From Candidatus Bathyarchaeota archaeon (GTDB lineage: Archaea > Thermoproteota > Bathyarchaeia > Bathyarchaeales > Bathycorpusculaceae), in assembly GCA_963785215.1 (NCBI GenBank), contig CAWAUU010000033.1:40334-104333 (forward strand): a stretch of 64,000 nucleotides of DNA. The letters are read 5' to 3'. Below the pieces are notes generated by a model. It saw only the letters and a program-made list of their open reading frames with translations, had not been told where the DNA came from and made no database searches. The translations under genes and the position numbers were made by a program. This document shows, in pieces, positions 41,263 through 51,078 of this stretch. Position 1 is the first letter of the stretch. Every line of letters starts with the position of its first letter.

Positions 41263-42715
41263 TTATAGGAACCCTTTAAATTTTCTAGCAACAGCATCAG
41301 CAATTTTTAGTTCTACTGGAAACCCAAAGTACCTGTGTTTCCACCGGTACTTATCAATTCGATTCATTATAGTGTAGGCAATCTTGTAGGCTAAATCGCG
41401 TTCCTTTATTCTTGATTGAGGATAAAACGCGCAAGCGCGTGACAGCTGAAATTGTGTGCAGTTTTTCTACTTGTGCTTTGCTGAGCCATGGTGGGTCAAA
41501 ATGGAAAACTTGGATGCTTCCCCACTCTTCAAGCGACTGAGGCGCCTTAAACTCCGGAGGCAAAAATTCCATTACTGGACTTGGAAACGGCGTGTAAACA
41601 AATATGCCGTAATGCTGCGTCTTAGGGTTAACTTCACACATTTTATCCATCAAATCAAAAGTCTGGTTTAAATCTTCATCAGTCTCGCCTGGAAGACCAC
41701 TCATCCATGAAACGTAAGGCTCAATTGATGGTGCCCAACGCCGAAGATTCTCAACAGACTGTAACATTTGGTCTGCAGTAACGTCTTTGCAGATAAGCTG
41801 TTGCAGACGATCTGAACCTGATTCGCCTCCGAAATCCAATTCAACGCATCCAGCTTGCTCTAAAAGCTCAAGAAAATCCTTATCGTAAGTGGACATATAA
41901 TCGAATCGGCAGTTAGCTCGCCATTGAACATCAAGTTTTCGTCCTAAGAGTCCATGGCATATTTCTTCAACTCGTTTTTTATCCACGAAAACGTTATCGT
42001 CAATGGGGTCGATTATTTTAACGTGTGGGAACTTGTTCAGTATGTATTCAATTTCGTCAAGGACTCGCTTGGCGCTTTTTGCTCTCCACTTGTTTTTGTT
42101 GAAGTAAGCTGTTGTAGCAGAAGCCGCATCTGTGAGGGCAACCTCTGCTTGTTTGGATGTGGAATCGGCCTGATTTTACCGATGGATACTTATCCATTTG
42201 TAAAAGATCATAGGGCAAAGCTATGGGTATGGCGTCTAAATCGATTACTTTACCGTCAGGATTACTTTTGATTGATCCGTTAAAATTGTAAGTTACACCT
42301 GCGACGTCGTCGAGAGGTTGGTTCAATGCAAGTTTGTTTGCCAAATCTTTTATGATTAATTCGCCTTCTCCACGAACCACAATATCAACATAGTCGTTGC
42401 TTGCTGTTTGCTCAGGCAACAAGGTCGGGTGAACGCCACCCCAAACAATCGGGCAAGAAGGATTTTGCATTCTTACAAAGCGGGCAAATTCTAAGGCGTA
42501 CTTGATTTGTAAACCGCTCATGCAGCTTATGCCGACAAAAACTGGATTCCCAATTTTAAAATGTCGGTAATCTTCAAGCCGCATATCAAGAATCCGCACA
42601 TTGAAATCTTCTTCCTGCAGACGAAGCAGCTAAATACAGAAGAGAAAGCGGAACCTGAGGGTCAGGCGCCTTGAATTTTCCTGGAAAAACAAGCAAAACA
42701 TCTCTCTGATTACTA
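41263..42715 (-). CDS. Cobalamin-binding radical SAM protein (several frameshifts; start approximate)
   Basis: PLSLLYLAA, VGISCMSG, WGGVHPT, RGEGE, TSRGCPHRCGFC (CxxxCxxC), DDNVF, GGESGS, GLPGET. Confidence 0.88.
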
Positions 42716-42917
42716 CCTAAATCTACGTTGCAAAAATGGGATAAGCATATCTGGGAACTAAACAACCCTAAAAAGCCTCACTAGTAGACTAATCAGAATC
42801 CCCTTTTAATCCTTCCTAATTTTAAAACTCAAAGCCTAGTTATAGAACCATATCAATATAGAGAGCGCTGTATACGAAAGCATCAACAAAACAAATTAAA
42901 AAAAGCAAAAAATTGCT

Positions 42918-43322
42918 TTATTTTAGCGGCACATACATTGATGAACGTGATGCGCCGATACCTGGTGTTCCATGCCTAACAGGCTTGTTAGTTATTGCGA
43001 ATTCGCCTAGGTAATGCCCGATCATTTCAGGTTTCATTTCGACATTAACGAATTCTTTGCCGTTGTGTATCTGGATTTTTATGCCAACCATTTCTGGCAG
43101 AATAATGAGGTCACGTACGTGAGTTTTAAGGTTGACTTCTTTGCCTTGTTTTTGGGCTTCTTTAGCTTCACGAAGCTTCTCCAGCAGTATGCGTTGTTCA
43201 GGAGTTAAACCGCGCTGTAGACTTCTTCTTTGTCGTGAGGGAAGCAGATTAATGAATTCATCCATAGACATGCCTGTCAAACTGCTCAAACTGTGTCCGC
43301 GGTAACTAAATTCTTTGGGCAT
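42918..43322 (-). CDS. rps19: 30S ribosomal protein S19
   Basis: [15 protein letters not shown]...MIGHYLGEF...[12 protein letters not shown]. Confidence 0.97.
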   Translation of the reverse strand: MPKEFSYRGHSLSSLTGMSMDEFINLLPSRQRRSLQRGLTPEQRILLEKLREAKEAQKQGKEVNLKTHVRDLIILPEMVGIKIQIHNGKEFVNVEMKPEMIGHYLGEFAITNKPVRHGTPGIGASRSSMYVPLK

Positions 43323-43375
43323 TTTTCATCTTCACCTTAAACTCATATTAAACGCTATAAACCTTCTGCCAATTC

Positions 43376-44117
43376 TTAGCGGATTGCGCGTTTCTTTTTC
43401 TGTCCTGGACCACTTGCAGCGATCAACCCGACTTTTTGTCCTGGTGGAGCCCCATGCGAAGTCGTTGTGCATCTGCGAGAGCTTCGTTTGCTGCTGCCGA
43501 TATGGATGGCATGCTGGAACCATTTTGCGTCCGCTAACTCGTGGATACTTGTGACCTTTAGCTTTCATTAAATGGAACATCGATCCTGCTTTCAGGAAAG
43601 GCTTCTCGATTCTTCCAGCTGCGGAGACTACGCCTACAGTTGTCAAGCAGTAGTCGTTAACGTATCTTGTTCTTCCAGAAGGCAAACGTATCATTGTGCC
43701 TTGTGGAGTGTGACCGACAACAGTGGCGTAGGCGCCTGAAGACTTCGCCATTTTGCCGCCGTCGCCTGGACGGAGTTCTAAATCGCAAACTATTGTTCCT
43801 TCAGGTACTTTTCCCAAAGGAAGAATGTTGCCTATTTCAGCCGGAGCTTTTCCGCCGTAGCGGATTTGTTGTCCGATGAAAAGGCCTTCAGGGACAACTG
43901 TGTAGCAGGATAAGCCATTTTCAAATTTAACCAGTGAGAGCGGTGCACCGCTGCCAGGATTATGTACTAGAGCTTCCACTTTGCCAGCTAATGAAGCTTC
44001 AAAAGATTCTTTCGGCGCTATTGTAGGATACTTTGCAGGAGCAACTCGTTTGTGGGTTGAAGCTCGCCAGTTTTGTCCACCGCGACCGCGTCTTTGAACA
44101 CGAATTCGTTTTCCCAT
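43376..44117 (-). CDS. rpl2: 50S ribosomal protein L2 (frameshift near 43500)
   Basis: MGKRIRVQRRGRG, RPGDGGK, EKPFLKAG; tail APPGQKVGLIAA in another frame. Confidence 0.95.
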
Positions 44118-44137
44118 AAGTCATGCCTTCTATTAAT

Positions 44138-44400
44138 TTAGAGTATTCCAAGTTTAATGGCGACGTCTGAAGCCTTGAATTCAGGGGTAAGCTTCACAAA
44201 GGCTTTTTTCTACGCCTTGAGGAGTGATTAGCAGATTTACTTTGGCTTACTTTAACTTCGTAAAGTTCCTCAACAGCTTGTTTCACGTCGCTTTTTCCCG
44301 CTTTTAAGTTAACTACGAATATGAGTTTGTTATCCCGTTCAACCATTACGCTTGCGGATTCAGTCATTAACGGGAAAGATATAACTTCGTTGCTGTCCAT
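44138..44400 (-). CDS. rpl23: 50S ribosomal protein L23 (frameshifted)
   Basis: PLMTES...NKLIFVV...VEELYEVKV; tail KKAFVKL...ASDVAIKLGIL*. Confidence 0.93.
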
Positions 44401-45195
44401 TATGCACTTTCTCCTTCACCGTAGAGTTTATCTAATCTTTCAATAGCGCCATTAGTCCAAAGCGTTAATCGTCCCGGATGAGTTCCCGGCGCCAACATTT
44501 CAGTATTAAGATTAGCAACCGTGGTAACGTCAACGCCTGGAACATTACTTGCAGCGTTCACTAAGCCTTTATTCTCAACCACCACAATTAGCGGTCCAAC
44601 GGCTTGCTTCATTTTTCTTCCTCTATGCTTGCCTTTGCCTGCGCGGATTTTTCGGCTGTCCCGCACTCGGGTAATATCTTGTATGATACCTAAGCTTGTG
44701 AGGGTTTCCTCGACTTCTTTAGCCTTCGTTAAACCTTCAATAGCGTTGTCAACTATCAAGGGTATCTGAAGAACATTTTCGATCTTGTGGCCGCGTGAAG
44801 CTACTGTTTCTTTTTGTGCAGTAGCTGCAATCGCTGAAAATAACGCTAGTTTAGCCTCTTTCTTTGGTATGCTTTTTAGTATTTTCTTTTCAGCTCTTGG
44901 CGGATGAGGTTGCCTTCCTTTAACTGTGCTTGGAGCAAAAGCTGCTCTTCCACTGCCGCCTTTGATGCGTGGAACTCTTGACAATTGCGCTGCCTGTTCC
45001 GCGTGATTCTGCAGTGGTTCTTTTTCCAGCCATGGGGTCTCTGCCTTGCGGTTGTATCCTGCTGGATTGTATGGCTAGTACCGCACGTTTTATTACGTCC
45101 GGTCTTAGCGGCGTTGAGAATATGTTGGGAAGCGTTATTTTTCCTGTTGATTCGCCTTTTAAGTCAAAGATTTCTGCTGTTTTTTGTGGTGCCAT
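44400..45195 (-). CDS. rpl4: 50S ribosomal protein L4 (frameshift near 44985)
   Basis: RPDVIKRAV, QPQGRDPMAG, RAGKGKHRGR, LAPGTHPGRL. Confidence 0.95.
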
Positions 45196-45201
45196 GGCTT
45201 T

Positions 45202-46221
45202 TCAACCTATTTTCCTTGTGGAGATTCCAGCGATATATATGTGATTTGTGGTGCGTGCTTCTGGGATTTCTGTTGGTGGACGTGCAGGAACACGCAAGCG
45301 GATTTGGCGTTTTTCTGTTCCAGGTATGCTGCCTTCGATTAGTATGTATGGTCCTTTTACTTCTCCATAGCGGATGTATCCGCCTTTAACTGTTACTTCT
45401 TTGCCGTCCTTGCCGATTTTTAGTATGCGTTTGTTGAATTCTATGCGTTGATGATAGCCCATTTGTCCTGCTCTTGGAATTGAATACATTAAGTGGTGCG
45501 GATTCCATGGACCTAAGGTGGCGATGCCGCGTTTTGTTTTTCTTCCCTTATGCTGCAGGATGGTTACTCCCCAACGTTTTACTGGTCCTTGGAAGCCTTT
45601 TCCAACTGTGACTCCTCCAATGTCAATGTATTGTCCGTCTTTGAATACTTCTTCAGGCGCTACTGTTTTGCCTAAAAGTTGCTTGGCATATTCAAATTGC
45701 TGCTGAATTGTGCCTCCGCCGATTTGGACTTCGCATACTTCAGGCTTTTTCTTTGAGAGGCTGGTTTGTGATGGCTGCGTTGCTGTGATAACCCGGATTG
45801 CGGATGTCACGTCGAGGTTTTGCTGGATTTTCTCAAGCATTGCTTCGGTGTTAAAGTTTTCTGGAAGAACCAGGGTTCGGTCAAGGATTGCCGGCGGCTC
45901 TTTCATCCATGCTTCAGAAATGTTCTGGAGCCCGTAGGGTGTTTTAGTGTAAGTTCGCATGCCACAAACAAGTATAGGTGGCGTTTCTAGTATGGTTGCG
46001 GCTTTCATGACTTCTTTTCCAAAGTGAGGTGAACGTTTACGGTCTTCAATAGTGAAGACATAAGTCATGCCTGCTTTGTAGGCTGAAAAACCTAAAAGTT
46101 TAGGAGAGTCAGATTTTATTTTTGGCCAATAACGGATTCGCGCAACTGGTTTCTTAGCGCGTTTCCTAGGTAAATAAGCAAGTGAACCATGTTTTGGAGC
46201 ATGAGTTTTACGATGTCCCAT
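45202..46221 (-). CDS. rpl3: 50S ribosomal protein L3 (last ~15 codons frameshifted)
   Basis: PKHGSLAYLPRKRA, YKAGMT, GKGFQGPVKRWG, AGQMGYHQR. Confidence 0.97.
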   Translation of the reverse strand: MGHRKTHAPKHGSLAYLPRKRAKKPVARIRYWPKIKSDSPKLLGFSAYKAGMTYVFTIEDRKRSPHFGKEVMKAATILETPPILVCGMRTYTKTPYGLQNISEAWMKEPPAILDRTLVLPENFNTEAMLEKIQQNLDVTSAIRVITATQPSQTSLSKKKPEVCEVQIGGGTIQQQFEYAKQLLGKTVAPEEVFKDGQYIDIGGVTVGKGFQGPVKRWGVTILQHKGRKTKRGIATLGPWNPHHLMYSIPRAGQMGYHQRIEFNKRILKIGKDGKEVTVKGGYIRYGEVKGPYILIEGSIPGTEKRQIRLRVPARPPTEIPEARTTNHIYIAGISTRKIG

Positions 46222-46719
46222 TTTACTTCAGCTTCGCGCCCTAAGCAAATAGAAAATAACGTTATAAACGTTACCATCCAAAACAAGAAACCACCGCAGA
46301 TTTAAGCATCTAGCCAAATTTTTGTGCCTTAGAATCTATAGAGCTTGCTAATGTTGGTGCTTGTCATCGTTGGCTTTAACTTTGAGGTCTGGTTGCATGT
46401 TGGGCCGCTTTTTGTGGCTGAATTTTGGCACAAATAGCAGACCCTTATGTAGGTCGGGCTTTTGTGTTTTTGCACAGTCTACCCCCCGGTCTGCTGAATG
46501 ATCCTAATATACGCCAAACATGATTCAACATACTTCAACATGGGGGGAAGGTTGTGCACTTTCAACATAGAAACAGCGTTTTTTGCATGCAGAACGGTGC
46601 TTTTCTTATGCAAATTGGAGGTGTTTTCAGAGTAATGCCGCCAAGTTTTTTCGAAGCCTAAGGAAACTTCGTCAGGGCTGGAAACGTTTTTACACCGCTA
46701 AGGCAAATGTTGTATGCAA

Positions 46720-46843
46720 GCCGGGGTGGCGGAGTGGTTAACGCGCCAGCCTCGAGAATTGTAGAAAAGAGGGCTAAGACCGAAAGGCAAGACAGCTGGT
46801 GGGCTTCGTGCTCGCAGGGGTTCGAATCCCTTCCCCGGCGCCA
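46720..46843 (+). tRNA. tRNA-Ser(CGA) with 37-nt intron at 37/38 (46757-46793)
   Basis: GCCGGGG acceptor; CCAGC-CTCGAG[intron]A-GCTGG; long variable arm GGGCTTCGTGCTC; GGTTCGAATCC; discriminator G plus CCA. Confidence 0.92.
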
Positions 46844-46857
46844 ACCCAATATATACT

Positions 46858-48534
46858 GTGGATACCACACCAACCGTAGAACCACTTTACATGATGTTTA
46901 CAAATAAAGTATTCAGCATGAGATTCGAGGTCCTGAAAATGGTTCAAATAAAAAAATTCGAGGAAATTGATGAAAAAAAGCTCCGAGAGCTCTTTGAAAA
47001 AAGAGGTCACGGAATTCTAAAAGAAGGTTTTTTGGATCAGGTGAAGGGCGTACTTACTGGTAAATACCCCGGGTTCGAGGTACATCAATGTGAGTGCGGC
47101 GAATTGATGTGTTTATCACATGAGAGAGCAGAAGAACTCAAAAAGAAATATAACTCCACCAATGTGCCCTGCAAAGCATGCAAAGGTTACGGTGAAGAAA
47201 TGCTGAATTTTCAGTTCCTCGACCGTTTTAGCGAGATAACTGAGTTTATTGATGAACGAGACGAGTTTGTGACAAGAACGGAACAGAACATGAAACCAGA
47301 AGACGTAGAAACTCTGGGCAACATGGCACTCGGGCTCTTTCCTTCGAATACACATGCTGAAATGTTAGTAGGATATTATGACTTCATGCAAATCTTGTTT
47401 AGCCATTTCTCTGAAATATCGTACATACCTATTTCAGAAGTAAAAAAACTCTTAGATGATGCATTAAAAGTCAATGAAAAAGAATTTGAAAATCTCTACT
47501 TGTCTATCTGTGATTGGAAGAAAAGCCATCAAGCTACAATGAATATCTACGGCAAAGAGGACATGTTAAAAGTTTTACGATCACAAAACGCAACAAGAAC
47601 AATGAAAGATGATCTTATGCTTACTAAAAAAGTAACTGAAAGAATGGAGATACAATTGCAGCTTTCAATGTATCAAGACACGATTGAAATAGATGTTTAC
47701 CTTGATTTTCTCTTAAATATACTAAATATTGTTAGAGGAAAAAACATTCTGGATAACCCATTTTCAGCTGTAGTTTTACCGCCAATTAGGGTTAATGGAA
47801 ATCCCAGAAAAATAAATAGCCTGGCTGATAAGGTTGAATATCTCCAGTCGAGCTTGCCATTCGACATTAAATCAATTTATAATACCCATCTCAGAAATGC
47901 ACTAGCACATAACGAACTGGAAATTCGTGTCGCGGAAAAGTTGTTATTGCTTACTAATTATTCGGAAAAAATGACTTTTGAGGAATTCCACAAAACATTT
48001 GATGCCTTAAAACACTTGCAAGGATCAATTGGCACCTACCTCGCCGATTACCAGATTGCAAGATCCCGCCCGAAGGTTATTAATCAAGGGTTAGCTGCTG
48101 CCGTTTTAGGGTATACAGACTTTTTTGAAGAAGAAGGAAAATTACAGCCTAAATCGCCTTGCGATGCCCAACTTAATCTATATCAATATTGGGATTTCGC
48201 TACTTTTGATAAGGACTTGCGAATTTTCCCTAAATATGAAATTAAACTAAACAAAAATGAGAAAAATCTAATACTTGATTTCGGTGAGAATGGTGCCCTA
48301 TTTGTTTTTCCAAATGACACTCAGCTCATTGATGGGCTACAACAAATTATCTTGACTAACAGAATACATGTAGTCTTATACACGGTTGCTCCAACCTTAC
48401 CTTTTTTCGCTAGGAAAGCGATAATGAGATGTTTAGTCGGAAAAAAAATAGATGTTTATACAATAGCAATTGATGAAAAAACTGTTGATGCTTCAAGTGA
48501 TCTCATAAAAAGCATCTTGAAATTTCTCAAATAG
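46858..48534 (+). CDS. Putative HEPN-motif RNase with N-terminal Cys cluster (start possibly ~46918-46950)
   Basis: CECG...C...CKAC; helical region with YNTHLRNALAHNE (R-x4-H at 47893-47910). Confidence 0.6.
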   Translation: MDTTPTVEPLYMMFTNKVFSMRFEVLKMVQIKKFEEIDEKKLRELFEKRGHGILKEGFLDQVKGVLTGKYPGFEVHQCECGELMCLSHERAEELKKKYNSTNVPCKACKGYGEEMLNFQFLDRFSEITEFIDERDEFVTRTEQNMKPEDVETLGNMALGLFPSNTHAEMLVGYYDFMQILFSHFSEISYIPISEVKKLLDDALKVNEKEFENLYLSICDWKKSHQATMNIYGKEDMLKVLRSQNATRTMKDDLMLTKKVTERMEIQLQLSMYQDTIEIDVYLDFLLNILNIVRGKNILDNPFSAVVLPPIRVNGNPRKINSLADKVEYLQSSLPFDIKSIYNTHLRNALAHNELEIRVAEKLLLLTNYSEKMTFEEFHKTFDALKHLQGSIGTYLADYQIARSRPKVINQGLAAAVLGYTDFFEEEGKLQPKSPCDAQLNLYQYWDFATFDKDLRIFPKYEIKLNKNEKNLILDFGENGALFVFPNDTQLIDGLQQIILTNRIHVVLYTVAPTLPFFARKAIMRCLVGKKIDVYTIAIDEKTVDASSDLIKSILKFLK

Positions 48535-48586
48535 TGCTATCCTTTAAAAATGTGAAAATCCTCTAAAACGAAGAAGACTCTAGCGA

Positions 48587-48793
48587 TTAAGTCCAAACAA
48601 TTGGTTTTCTGCAGTTTGGGCATTCTCTTGCCCATTTGCGTATCGGCGTCCCACAGTATGGGCATTTATCAGGCGGCGGGTTAGACTTGCCAGAAAGAAC
48701 CTGCGTAAGAGCCGCAATCGCCACAGCACCAATCCCAATGGCAAGGAGCGCTTTGACCCAATCGGGAATATCGTCGTCATCATCCTTAGGCAT
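48587..48793 (-). CDS. Small single-TM protein with C-terminal Zn ribbon
   Basis: MPKDDDDD, hydrophobic helix, CPYCG...CPNC; start overlaps the end of the upstream gene. Confidence 0.7.
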   Translation of the reverse strand: MPKDDDDDIPDWVKALLAIGIGAVAIAALTQVLSGKSNPPPDKCPYCGTPIRKWARECPNCRKPIVWT

Positions 48794-48962
48794 TCTTCTT
48801 CGCCTCATCATATGCCTTTTTTTGGGCTTCCGCCAAAACTTTCATGTGCTCTATAACTATTTGCTGAAGCGCTTCACATCGGGAAATTCCCTTTCTTTTT
48901 GCGTACTCAGCTACATAATTCCAAACGGTATCATCAAAATCGGGACATCTTACGTCTACCAT
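48786..48962 (-). CDS. Putative ribbon-helix-helix (CopG-like) protein, 58 aa
   Basis: MVDVRCPDFDDTVWNYVAEYAKRKGISRCEALQQIV matches the strand-helix-(G.S)-helix RHH pattern. Confidence 0.6.
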   Translation of the reverse strand: MVDVRCPDFDDTVWNYVAEYAKRKGISRCEALQQIVIEHMKVLAEAQKKAYDEAKKNA

Positions 48963-49056
48963 AGCAATCAATTGGTATATCGCAAGAGTTATATTTAAGT
49001 TATCGCTTATCTGATAGCAAATATACAAATATATATGCGGATATGGAGGCGACAAT

Positions 49057-49209
49057 GTGACAGACGGTAAAAAAATTGCAAAAGCGGTATTAGCGACTGC
49101 TTCAGAAATCTCAAAGAAAGAAAAAGAGAAAGCTATTCAAAACGAGAACTATGGAGACGCTATTGTTGCAAGTATCTTCCAAGGTCTATTCCAAGAACTT
49201 AGTAAATAG
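49057..49209 (+). CDS. Hypothetical 50-aa helical protein
   Basis: GGAGG upstream of GTG; MTDGKKIAKAVLATASEISKKEKEKAIQNENYGDAIVASIFQGLFQELSK*. Confidence 0.55.
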   Translation: MTDGKKIAKAVLATASEISKKEKEKAIQNENYGDAIVASIFQGLFQELSK

Positions 49210-49255
49210 ATGCGTGTGCGAATATTAAGAGCTAAGAGAGAGGGCAGGTGAGTTA

Positions 49256-49301
49256 GTGGGCTTCGTGCTCGCAGGGGTTCGAATCCCTTCCCCGGCGCCA
49301 A
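49256..49301 (+). repeat. attR-like duplicate of the tRNA-Ser 3' end
   Basis: GTGGGCTTCGTGCTCGCAGGGGTTCGAATCCCTTCCCCGGCGCCAA, identical to 46799-46844. Confidence 0.95.
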
Positions 49302-49671
49302 TCTACTGGTAACTTATAAGCTAAGACGATCAGGAATGTGAATTGCTTTTATTCTGTTGGTGTGAAGGTGTAAAGCGGGAAACTTTTTTTGGGCTTCAAT
49401 TTTTATCAAGCATTTCAGTTTTAAAAATGAATTCTTATTGGCTAAAAAACATGCCAAAGTGGCGTTTTACTTTCACTCTACCCGCCCGGGCTTTGCACGC
49501 ACAACAATTAACAGTTAAAAAGACAGAGCTAAACAGTCACAAAGATGACCCTTGAAGGGTAAAGGCCAAAACGACGGTATACAAAAGCATCAACCAAACA
49601 CACAAAAAAACGCAAGGCAAATCTTATCTAGCCATTTTATAATTAACACTTATTGCAGAAGGCTTTGATTT

Positions 49672-50922
49672 ATGGCTGAAGAACACACAGCATTATCCGT
49701 TGCTCTTTCTCAACTTAAATTGGCTTGTAAAAAATTAGAGTTGGATACTGGCATGCATAAGATGCTCAGCCAGCCAAAACGCTCCATCAGCGTCAGCATC
49801 GACATCCGAATGGACAACGGAACCGTCGGCGTATTCAACGGTGTCCGAGTGCAACATTGGGATGCGCGCGGACCATTCAAAGGCGGAATCCGCTACTACC
49901 CAAACATCACCCTTGACGAAGTCACCGCGCTGGCAATGTTGATGACTTGGAAATGCGCCATAGCTGACATACCGTTTGGCGGAGCAAAAGGCGGCGTATG
50001 CGTTGACACTAAAAAAATGAGCAAACATGAGCTTGAAAGATTAACAAGAAGATACGTCAGCCTAATCTTCGATTATTTGGGGCCACACCGTGACATTCCC
50101 GCGCCGGACATGTACACTGACGCGCAAACCATGGCTTGGATAATGGACACCTACAGCCAAATGAAAGGCTACAGCATACCCGAAAGCGTCACTGGCAAAC
50201 CAGTCGAAATCGGAGGCTCATGGGGCAGAACGGAAGCCACAGGCAGAGGAGTAATCCACTGCGTAAAACAAGCGGCAGAAAACAACAGTCTAAAACTAAA
50301 AAACGCCGCAGTAGCCATTCAAGGCTTCGGCAACGTCGGCTACCACGCAGCAGTCGCAGCGCAGGAAGTAGGCTGCAAAATAATAGCCGTAAGCGACTCA
50401 ACAGGAGGAATCTATTGCCCAGACGGCTTAAACCCGCCGGATGTTCTTGCGCATAAAGAAAAAACCCGCTCCGTCCAGAACTACAAGGGCTGCAAAAACA
50501 TAACAAACGAGGAACTGCTTGAATTGCCCTGCGACGTGCTGATTCCTGCGGCGATGGAAAACCAAATCACCTGCAAAAACGCCGACAAAATCAAGGCAAA
50601 AATGGTCGCTGAAGCAGCAAACGGACCAACCACACCCGACGCTGACAAAGTATTGTACGAAAAAGAAATCTGCCTAATCCCAGACATCCTCGCCAACAGC
50701 GGCGGAGTAACCGTGAGCTACTTTGAATGGGTCCAAAACCTAACCCGCGAGCAATGGCCACTTGAAAAAGTCAACAGGAAACTGGAAACCAAAATGACCA
50801 AAGCATTCAACGACGTAGTCGCTATTGCGGAAAAGGAAGAGAGCGACATGCGCACAGGCGCATTAATGCTGGGCGTGGGAAGAGTGGCGAACGCCATAAA
50901 AACACTAGGACTCTGGCCATAA
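49672..50922 (+). CDS. gdhA: Glutamate dehydrogenase (Glu/Leu/Phe/Val family)
   Basis: GPFKGGIRY, MTWKCA, GGAKGG, DIPAPD, GFGNVG, EAANGP, NSGGVTVSYFEW. Confidence 0.93.
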   Translation: MAEEHTALSVALSQLKLACKKLELDTGMHKMLSQPKRSISVSIDIRMDNGTVGVFNGVRVQHWDARGPFKGGIRYYPNITLDEVTALAMLMTWKCAIADIPFGGAKGGVCVDTKKMSKHELERLTRRYVSLIFDYLGPHRDIPAPDMYTDAQTMAWIMDTYSQMKGYSIPESVTGKPVEIGGSWGRTEATGRGVIHCVKQAAENNSLKLKNAAVAIQGFGNVGYHAAVAAQEVGCKIIAVSDSTGGIYCPDGLNPPDVLAHKEKTRSVQNYKGCKNITNEELLELPCDVLIPAAMENQITCKNADKIKAKMVAEAANGPTTPDADKVLYEKEICLIPDILANSGGVTVSYFEWVQNLTREQWPLEKVNRKLETKMTKAFNDVVAIAEKEESDMRTGALMLGVGRVANAIKTLGLWP

Positions 50923-51078
50923 ACACGAAAACAAGCAAGAAGATGAGTTAAAGAAAGGTATGAGGTCTCTCCGAGCAGCAGAGGACAAGCTTTCTTTAGC
51001 TTTGTTTTTTCTAGTGCAAACGCTTAAAACTGTTCTTGCTATATCTGTTGAACCCCACAAAGGGAAAAACAATCGGAC

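Larger units (their letters stand above)
46799..49301. mobile_element. Small integrated element at tRNA-Ser, no integrase visible
   Basis: Exact 46-bp direct repeat of the tRNA 3' part at 46799-46844 and 49256-49301; the cargo has no housekeeping genes. Confidence 0.85.

Noticed and set aside
41310-41323. ORB-like GTTCTACTGGAAAC
   Set aside because: Single copy inside a coding region, with no G-string and no cdc6/orc1 nearby.
46799-49301. SSV1-type integrase split by att
   Set aside because: The large ORF's frame is open through the att, but an in-frame TGA precedes attR and no tyrosine-recombinase R-H-x-x-R-Y pattern is evident.
49256-49301. Second tRNA or split-tRNA half
   Set aside because: Lacks the D and anticodon arms and any complementary leader; best explained as an att duplicate.
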